DNA of 57,359 bases from Utricularia gibba (taxonomy: Eukaryota > Plantae > Magnoliophyta). Location of the stretch: the NCBI GenBank assembly GCA_002189035.1, contig NEEC01000192.1:1-57359 (forward strand), given 5' to 3'. The notes beneath the pieces are model-generated. The model was not told the origin of the DNA, did no database searches, and saw only the letters and a program-made list of their open reading frames with translations. A program made the position numbers and the translations under genes. Shown piece by piece: positions 1-9,588 of the stretch; the first letter of the stretch is position 1; each line of letters opens with the position of its first letter.

Positions 1-3000
1 GTCGATTCTCGTGTTCCGAGTCGCATCGTCGCGAACGTGGTGGCCAATTTGTGGCACATCTGAAGGCTAAGATAAGGCGATAATTCGAGCTTTGATGCAT
101 CCTCGGACGAAGAAGCTTTCAACACGGAAGCTGACCGGCACGGAAAGGGGTTCGAAACGGTATGCCGGGCGCAGCATGACTCATCACGGTTTCAGGATAT
201 GGCCGAAATACCGAACGGTGTGCGAGGCCACCATGAGGCTGCAGTAGGGACACACCCAGAGCTTGTTCAGAGATCGCCTCGAAAACCCATACTTCACGTC
301 ATCCAATAAAACGCAGATGTTTTGCAAGGCGAAAATCACAATCGCGTCGATTCTCGTGTTCCGAGTCGCATCGTCGCGAACGTGGTGGCAATTTGTGGCA
401 CATCTGAAGGCTAAGATAAGGCGATAATTCGAGCTTTGATGCATCCTCGGACGAAGAAGCTTTCAACACGGAAGCTGACCGGCACGGAAAGGGGTTCGAA
501 ACGGATGCCGGGCGCAGCATGACTCATCACGGTTTTCAGGATATGGCCGAAATACCGAACGGTGTGCGAGGCCACCATGAGGCTGCGGTAGGACACACCC
601 AGAGCTTGTTCAGAGATCGCCTCGAAAACCCATACTTCATCACCAATAAACGCAGATGTTTAAAGCCCGAAAATCACAATCGATTCTCGTTTTCGCATCG
701 TCGCGAACGTGGTGGCCAATTTGTGGCACATCTGAAGGCTAAGATAAGGCGATAATTCGAGCTCTGATGATCCTCGGACGAAGAAGCTTTCAACACGGAA
801 GCTGACCGGCACGGAAAGGGGTTCGAAACGGTATGCGGCGCAGCATGACTCATCACGGTTTTCAGGATATGGCCGAAATACCGAACGGTGTGCGAGGCCA
901 CCATGAGGCTGCAGTAGGGACACACCAGAGCTTGTTCAGAGATCGCCTCGAAAACCCATACTTCACGTCATCCAATAAAACGCAGATGTTTGCAAGGAAA
1001 ATCACAATCGCGTCGATTCTCGTGTTCCGAGTCGCATCGTCGCGAACGTGGTGGCCAATTTGTGGCACATCTGAAGGCTAAGATAAGGCGATAATTCGAG
1101 CTTTGATGCATCCTCGGACGAAGAAGCTTTCAACACGGAAGCTGACCGGCACGGAAAGGGGTTCGAAACGGTATGCCGGGCGCAGCTGACTCATCACGGT
1201 TTTCAGGATATGGCCGAAATACCGAACGGTGTGCGAGGCCACATGAGGCTGCGTAGGGACACACCAGAGCTTGTTCAGAGATCGCCTCGAAAACCCATAC
1301 TTCACGTCATCCAATAAAACGCAGATGTTTTGCAAACCCGAAAATCACAATCGGGTCGATTCTCGTTTTCCGAGTCGCATCGTCGCGAACGTGGTGGCCA
1401 ATTTGTGGCACATCTGAAGGCTAAGATAAGGCGATAATTCGAGCTTTGATGCATCCTCGGACGAAGAAGCTTTCAACACGGAAGCTGACCGGCACGGAAA
1501 GGGGTTCGAAACGGTATGCCGGGCGCAGCATGACTCATCACGGTTTTCAGGATATGGCCGAAATACCGAACGGTGTGCGAGGCCACCATGAGGCTGCAGT
1601 AGGGACACACCCAGAGCTTGTTCAGAGATCGCCTCGAAAACCCATACTTCACGTCATCCAATAAAACGCAGATGTTTTGCAACCCGAAAATCACAATCGC
1701 GTCGATTCTCGTTTTCCGAGTCGCATCGTCGCGAACGTGGTGGCCAATTTGTGGCACATCTGAAGGCTAAGATAAGGCGATAATTCGAGCTTTGATGCAT
1801 CCTCGGACGAAGAAGCTTTCAACACGGAAGCTGACCGGCACGGAAAGGGGTTCGAAACGGTATGCCGGGCGCAGCATGACTCATCACGGTTTTCAGGATA
1901 TGGCCGAAATACCGAACGGTGTGCGAGGCCACCATGAGGCTGCACGTAGGGACACACCCAGAGCTTGTTCAGAGATCGCCTCGAAAACCCATACTTCACG
2001 TCATCCAATAAAACGCAGATGTTTTGCAAGGCGAAAATCACAATCGCGTCGATTCTCGTGTTCCGAGTCGCATCGTCGCGAACGTGGTGGCCAAATTTGT
2101 GGCACATCTAAAGGCTAAGATAAGGCGATAATTCGAGCTTTGATGCATCCTCGGACGAAGAAGCTTTCAACACGGAAGCTGACCGGCACGGAAAGGGGTT
2201 CGAAACGGTATGCCGGGCGCAGCATGACTCATCACGGTTTTCAGGATATGGCCGAAATACCGACGGTGTGCGAGGCCACCATGAGGCTGCAGTAGGGACA
2301 CACCCAGAGCTTGTTCAGAGATCGCCTCGAAAACCCATACTTCACGTCACCAATAAAACGCAGATGTTTTGCAAGAAAATCACAATCGCGTCGATTCTCG
2401 TGTTCCGAGTCGCATCGTCGCGAACGTGGTGGCCAATTTGTGGCACATCTGAAGGCTAAGATAAGGCGATAATTCGAGCTTTGATGCATCCTCGGACGAA
2501 GAAGCTTTCAACACGGAAGCTGACCGGCACGGAAAGGGGTTCGAAACGGTATGCCGGGCGCAGCATGACTCATCACGGTTTTCAGGATATGGCCGAAATA
2601 CCGAACGGTGTGCGAGGCCACCATGAGGCTGCAGTAGGGACACACCCAGAGCTTGTTCAGAGATCGCCTCGAAAACCCATACTTCACGTCATCCAATAAA
2701 ACGCAGATGTTTAAACCCGAAAATCACAATCGGTCGATTCTCGTTTTCCGAGTCGCATCGTCGCGAACGTGGTGGCCAATTTGTGGCACATCTGAAGGCT
2801 AAGATAAGGCGATAATTCGAGCTTTGATGCATCCTCGGACGAAGAAGCTTTCAACACGGAAGCTGACCGGCACGGAAAGGGGTTCGAAACGGTATGCCGG
2901 GCGCAGCATGACTCATCACGGTTTTCAGGATATGGCCGAAATACCGAACGGTGTGCGAGGCCACCATGAGGCTGCAGTAGGGACACACCAGAGCTTGTTC

Positions 3001-6000
3001 AGAGATCGCCTCGAAAACCCATACTTCACGTCATCCAATAAAACGCAGATGTTTTGCAAGGCGAAAATCACAATCGCGTCGATTCTCGTGTTCCGAGTCG
3101 CATCGTCGCGAACGTGGTGGCAATTTGTGGCACATCTGAAGGCTAAGATAAGGCGATAATTCGAGCTTTGATGCATCCTCGGACGAAGAAGCTTTCAACA
3201 CGGAAGCTGACCGGCACGGAAAGGGGTTCGAAACGGTATGCCGGGCGCAGCATGACTCATCACGGTTTTCAGGATATGGCCGAAATACCGAACGGTGTGC
3301 GAGGCCACCATGAGGCTGCGTAGGGACACACCCAGAGCTTGTTCAGAGATCGCCTCGAAAACCCATACTTCACGTCATCCAATAAAACGCAGATGTTTTG
3401 CAAGGCGAAAATCACAATCGGTCGATTCTCGTGTTCCGAGTCGCATCGTCGCGAACGTGGTGGCCAATTTGTGGCACATCTGAAGGCTAAGATAAGGCGA
3501 TAATTCGAGCTTTGATGCATCCTCGGACGAAGAAGCTTTCAACACGGAAGCTGACCGGCACGGAAAGGGGTTCGAAACGGTATGCCGGGCAGCATGACTC
3601 ATCACGGTTTTCAGGATATGGCCGAAATACCGAACGGTGTGCGAGGCCACCATGAGGCTGCGGTAGGAACACACCAGAGCTTGTTCAGAGATCGCCTCGA
3701 AAACCCATACTTCACATCAATTAAAACACATGTTTTGCAACCCGAAAATCACAATCGGTCGATTCTCGTTTTCCGAGTCGCATCGTCGCGAACGTGGTGG
3801 CCAATTTGTGGCACATCTGAAGGCTAAGATAAGGCGATAATTCGAGCTTGATGCATCCTCGGACGAAGAAGCTTTCAACACGGAAGCTGACCGGCACGGA
3901 AAGGGGTTCGAAACGGTATGCCGGCGCAGCTGACTCATCACGGTTTTCAGGATATGGCCGAAATACCGAACGGTGTGCGAGGCCACCATGAGGCTGCGGG
4001 TAGGAACACACCCAGAGCTTGTTCAGAGATCGCCTCGAAAACCCATACTTCACGTCATCCAATAAAACGCAGATGTTTTGCAACGAAAATCACAATCGCG
4101 TCGATTCTCGTTTTCCGAGTCGCATCGTCGCGAACGTGGTGGCCAATTTGTGGCACATCTGAAGGCTAAGATAAGGCGATAATTCGAGCTTTGATGCATC
4201 CTCGGACGAAGAAGCTTTCAACACGGAAGCTGACCGGCACGGAAAGGGGTTCGAAACGGTATGCCGGGCGCAGCATGACTCATCACGGTTTTCAGGATAT
4301 GGCCGAAATACCGAACGGTGTGCGAGGCCACCATGAGGCTGCAGTAGGGACACACCCAGAGCTTGTTCAGAGATCGCCTCGAAAACCCATACTTCACGTC
4401 ATCCAATAAAACGCAGATGTTTTGCAACCGAAAATCACAATCGGGTCGATTCTCGTTTTCCGAGTCGCATCGTCGCGAACGTGGTGGCCAATTTGTGGCA
4501 CATCTGAAGGCTAAGATAAGGCGATAATTCGAGCTTTGATGCATCCTCGGACGAAGAAGCTTTCAACACGGAAGCTGACCGGCACGGAAAGGGGTTCGAA
4601 ACGGTATGCCGGGCGCAGCATGACTCATCACGGTTTTCAGGATATGGCCGAAATACCGAACGGTGTGCGAGGCCACCATGAGGCTGCAGTAGGGACACAC
4701 CCAGAGCTTGTTCAGAGATCGCCTCGAAAACCCATACTTCACGTCATCCAATAAAACGCAGATGTTTTGCAAGGCGAAAATCACAATCGCGTCGATTCTC
4801 GTGTTCCGAGTCGCATCGTCGCGAACGTGGTGGCCAATTTGTGGCACATCTGAAGGCTAAGATAAGGCGATAATTCGAGCTTTGATGCATCCTCGGACGA
4901 AGAAGCTTTCAACACGGAAGCTGACCGGCACGGAAAGGGTTCGAAACGGTATGCCGGCGCAGCATGACTCATCACGGTTTTCAGGATATGGCCGAAATAC
5001 CGAACGGTGCGAGGCCACCATGAGGCTGCACGGTAGGGACACACCAGAGCTTGTTCAGAGATCGCCTCGAAAACCCATACTTCACGTCATCCAATAAAAC
5101 GCAGATGTTTTGCAAGCCGAAAATCACAATCGCGTCGATTCTCGTGTTCCGAGTCGCATCGTCGCGAACGTGGTGGCCAATTTGTGGCACATCTGAAGGC
5201 TAAGATAAGGCGATAATTCGAGCTTTGATGCATCCTCGGACGAAGAAGCTTTCAACACGGAAGCTGACCGGCACGGAAAGGGGTTCGAAACGGTATGCCG
5301 GGCGCAGCATGACTCATCACGGTTTTTCAGGATATGGCCGAAATACCGAACGGTGTGCGAGGCCACCATGAGGCTGCAGTAGGGACACACCCAGAGCTTG
5401 TTCAGAGATCGCCTCGAAAACCCATACTTCACGTCATCCAATAAAACGCAGATGTTTTGCAAGGCGAAAATCACAATCGCGTCGATTCTCGTGTTCCGAG
5501 TCGCATCGTCGCGAACGTGGTGGCCAATTTGTGGCACATCTGAAGGCTAAGATAAGGCGATAATTCGAGCTTTGATGCATCCTCGGACGAAGAAGCTTTC
5601 AACACGGAAGCTGACCGGCACGGAAAGGGGTTCGAAACGGTATGCCGGGCGCAGCATGACTCATCACGGTTTTCAGGATATGGCCGAAATACCGAACGGT
5701 GTGCGAGGCCACCATGAGGCTGCAGTAGGGACACACACCAGAGCTTGTTCAGAGATCGCCTCGAAAACCCATACTTCACGTCATCCAATAAAACGCAGAT
5801 GTTTTGCAAGGCGAAAATCACAATCGCGTCGATTCTCGTGTTCCGAGTCGCATCGTCGCGAACGTGGTGGCCAATTTGTGGCACATCTGAAGGCTAAGAT
5901 AAGGCGATAATTCGAGCTTTGATGCATCCTCGGACGAAGAAGCTTTCAACACGGAAGCTGACCGGCACGGAAAGGGGTTCGAAACGGTATGCCGGGCGCA

Positions 6001-9000
6001 GCATGACTCATCACGGTTTTCAGGATGGCCGAAATACCGAACGGTGTGCGAGGCCACCATGAGGCTGCAGGTAGGGACACACCCAGAGCTTGTTCAGAGA
6101 TCGCCTCGAAAACCCATACTTCACGTCACCCAATAAAACGCAGATGTTTGCAAACCGAAAATCACAATCGCGTCGATTCTCGTTTTCCGAGTCGCATCGT
6201 CGCGAACGTGGTGGCCAATTTGTGGCACATCTGAAGGCTAAGATAAGGCGATAATTCGAGCTTGATGCATCCTCGGACGAAGAAGCTTTCAACACGGAAG
6301 CTGACCGGCACGGAAAGGGGTTCGAAACGTATGCCGGGCGCAGCATGACTCATCACGGTTTTCAGGATATGGCCGAAATACCGAACGGTGTGCGAGGCCA
6401 CCATGAGGCTGCGGGTAGGAACACACCCAGAGCTTGTTCAGAGATCGCCTCGAAAACCCATACTTCACGTCATCCAATAAAACGCAGATGTTTTGCAAAC
6501 CCGAAAATCACAATCGCGTCGATTCTCGTTTTCCGAGTCGCATCGTCGCGAACGTGGTGGCCAATTTGTGGCACATCTGAAGGCTAAGATAAGGCGATAA
6601 TTCGAGCTTTGATGCATCCTCGGACGAAGAAGCTTTCAACACGGAAGCTGACCGGCACGGAAAGGGGTTCGAAACGGTATGCCGGGCGCAGCATGACTCA
6701 TCACGGTTTTCAGGATATGGCCGAAATACCGAACGGTGTGCGAGGCCACCATGAGGCTGCAGTAGGGACACACCCAGAGCTTGTTCAGAGATCGCCTCGA
6801 AAACCCATACTTCACGTCACCCAATAAAACGCACAGATGTTTTGAAACCGAAAATCACAATCGGGTCGATTCTCGTTTCCGAGTCGCATCGTCGCGAACG
6901 TGGTGGCCAATTTGTGGCACATCTGAAGGCTAAGATAAGGCGATAATTCGAGCTTTGATGCATCCTCGGACGAAGAAGCTTTCAACACGGAAGCTGACCG
7001 GCACGGAAAGGGGTTCGAAACGGTATGCCGGGCGCAGCATGACTCATCACGGTTTTCAGGATATGGCCGAAATACCGAACGGTGTGCGAGGCCACCATGA
7101 GGCTGCAGTAGGGACACACCCAGAGCTTGTTCAGAGATCGCTCGAAAACCCATACTTCACGTCATCCAATAAAACGCAGATGTTTGCAAGGCGAAAATCA
7201 CAATCGCGTCGATTCTCGTGTTCCGAGTCGCATCGTCGCGAACGTGGTGGCCAATTTGTGGCACATCTGAAGGCTAAGATAAGGCGATAATTCGAGCTTT
7301 GATGCATCCTCGGACGAAGAAGCTTTCAACACGGAAGCTGACCGGCACGGAAAGGGGTTCGAAACGGTATGCCGGGCGCAGCATGACTCATCACGGTTTT
7401 CAGGATATGGCCGAAATACCGAACGGTGTGCGAGGCCACCATGAGGCTGCACGTAGGGACACACCCAGAGCTTGTTCAGAGATCGCCTCGAAAACCCATA
7501 CTTCACGTCATCCAATAAAACGCAGATGTTTTGCAAGGCGAAAATCACAATCGCGTCGATTCTCGTGTTCCGAGTCGCATCGTCGCGAACGTGGTGGCCA
7601 ATTTGTGGCACATCTAAAGGCTAAGATAAGGCGATAATTCGAGCTTTGATGCATCCTCGGACGAAGAAGCTTTCAACACGGAAGCTGACCGGCACGGAAA
7701 GGGGTTCGAAACGGTATGCCGGCGCAGCATGACTCATCACGGTTTTCAGGATATGGCCGAAATACCGAACGGTGTGCGAGGCCACCATGAGGCTGCAGTA
7801 GGGACACACCCAGAGCTTGTTCAGAGATCGCCTCGAAAACCCATACTTCACGTCATCCAATAAAACGCAGATGTTTTGCAAGGCGAAAATCACAATCGCG
7901 TCGATTCTCGTGTTCCGAGTCGCATCGTCGCGAACGTGGTGGCCAATTTGTGGCACATCTGAAGGCTAAGATAAGGCGATAATTCGAGCTTTGATGCATC
8001 CTCGGACGAAGAAGCTTTCAACACGGAAGCTGACCGGCACGGAAAGGGGTTCGAAACGGTATGCCGGGCGCAGCATGACTCATCACGGTTTTCAGGATAT
8101 GGCCGAAATACCGAACGGTGTGCGAGGCCACCATGAGGCTGCAGTAGGGACACACCCAGAGCTTGTTCAGAGATCGCCTCGAAAACCCATACTTCACGTC
8201 ATCCAATAAAACGCAGATGTTTTGCAAGCCGAAAATCACAATCGGTCGATTCTCGTTTCCGAGTCGCATCGTCGCGAACGTGGTGGCCAATTTGTGGCAC
8301 ATCTAAAGGCTAAGATAAGGCGATAATTCGAGCTTTGATGCATCCTCGGACGAAGAAGCTTTCAACACGGAAGCTGACCGGCACGGAAAGGGGTTCGAAA
8401 CGGTATGCCGGGCGCAGCATGACTCATCACGGTTTTCAGGATATGGCCGAAATACCGAACGGTGTGCGAGGCCACCATGAGGCTGCGGGTAGGGACACAC
8501 CAGAGCTTGTTCAGAGATCGCCTCGAAAACCCATACTTCACGTCATCCAATAAAACGCAGATGTTTTGCAAGGCGAAAATCACAATCGCGTCGATTCTCG
8601 TGTTCCGAGTCGCATCGTCGCGAACGTGGTGGCCAATTTGTGGCACATCTGAAGGCTAAGATAAGGCGATAATTCGAGCTTGATGCATCCTCGGACGAAG
8701 AAGCTTTCAACACGGAAGCTGACCGGCACGGAAAGGGGTTCGAAACGGTATGCCGGCGCAGCTTGACTCATCACGGTTTTCAGGATATGGCCGAAATACC
8801 GAACGGTGTGCGAGGCCACCATGAGGCTGCAGTAGGGACACACCCAGAGCTTGTTCAGAGATCGCCTCGAAAACCCATACTTCACGTCATCCAATAAAAC
8901 GCAGATGTTTTGCAAGCGAAAATCACAATCGGTCGATTCTCGTGTTCCGAGTCGCATCGTCGCGAACGTGGTGGCCAATTTGTGGCACATCTGAAGGCTA

Positions 9001-9372
9001 AGATAAGGCGATAATTCGAGCTTTGATGCATCCTCGGACGAAGAAGCTTTCAACACGGAAGCTGACCGGCACGGAAAGGGGTTCGAAACGGTATGCCGGG
9101 CGCAGCATGACTCATCACGGTTTTCAGGATATGGCCGAAATACCGAACGGTGTGCGAGGCCACCATGAGGCTGCGGGTAGGGACACACCCAGAGCTTGTT
9201 CAGAGATCGCCTCGAAAACCCATACTTCACGTCATCCAATAAAACGCAGATGTTTTGCAAGCCGAAAATCACAATCGCGTCGATTCTCGTGTTCCGAGTC
9301 GCATCGTCGCGAACGTGGTGGCCAATTTGTGGCACATCTGAAGGCTAAGATAAGGCGATAATTCGAGCTTTG

Positions 9373-9588
9373 ATGCATCCTCGGACGAAGAAGCTTTCAA
9401 CACGGAAGCTGACCGGCACGGAAAGGGGTTCGAAACGGTATGCCGGGCGCAGCATGACTCATCACGGTTTTCAGGATATGGCCGAAATACCGAACGGTGT
9501 GCGAGGCCACCATGAGGCTGCAGTAGGGACACACCCAGAGCTTGTTCAGAGATCGCCTCGAAAACCCATACTTCACGTCATCCAATAA
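9373..9588 (+). CDS. Hypothetical 71-aa basic small ORF (MHPRTKKLSTRK...PILHVIQ), repeated in intact monomers; probably non-coding
   Basis: ATG at monomer position 95 to TAA at 308-310 lies within one unit. ATAAG (TATAAG in type C) is upstream and AATAAA overlaps the stop. No recognisable domain, and it is often frameshifted, especially in type-C units. Confidence 0.1.
   Translation: MHPRTKKLSTRKLTGTERGSKRYAGRSMTHHGFQDMAEIPNGVRGHHEAAVGTHPELVQRSPRKPILHVIQ
9392..9446. other. Two adjacent potential stem-loops
   Basis: AGCTTTC-AACAC-GGAAGCT (7 bp with one G.U, 9392-9410) is followed by CCGGCA-N22-TGCCGG (6 bp, 9413-9446), which encloses the B-box-like motif. Confidence 0.4.
9427..9436 (+). promoter_or_regulatory. 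RNA polymerase III B-box-like motif GGTTCGAAAC (one per monomer)
   Basis: Matches the GTTCRANNC consensus. Degenerate A-box matches (TRGYNNANNNG) lie at 9319-9329 and 9330-9340, and a T4 run at 9468-9471. There is no tRNA cloverleaf around it. Confidence 0.25.
9449..9521. other. Potential extended stem-loop domain
   Basis: GCAGC/GCTGC plus CTCAT/ATGAG close a region containing TGGCC...GGCCA and ATACC-GAAC-GGTGT. Confidence 0.35.
9454..9462. promoter_or_regulatory. AP-1/GCN4-type bZIP site ATGACTCAT (GTGACTCAT in type C)
   Basis: Exact match to the TGACTCA core, which is kept in most copies of both sub-arrays. Function is not demonstrated. Confidence 0.2.

Noticed and set aside
9324-9332. 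U1-type Sm site AATTTGTGG with an upstream ATACTT
   Set aside because: The upstream sequence is ATACTTCAC, not ATACTTACC, the spacing is shorter than in U1, and the U1 stem-loops are not evident.
9413-9446. tRNA gene around GGTTCGAAAC
   Set aside because: The T-loop-like sequence has no T-stem (AGGGG versus CGGTA), and no D, anticodon or acceptor arms could be built.
9462-9471. TCACGGTTTT, resembling part of a flatworm spliced-leader exon as I recall it
   Set aside because: Only a 10-nt match from memory, with no following SL exon sequence, splice donor or correctly placed Sm site.
9466-9500. 5S rRNA-like string on the minus strand (CGGCCATATCCTGAAAACC)
   Set aside because: Only the first few bases resemble a 5S 5' end. 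The conserved internal control region and the terminal stem are absent.
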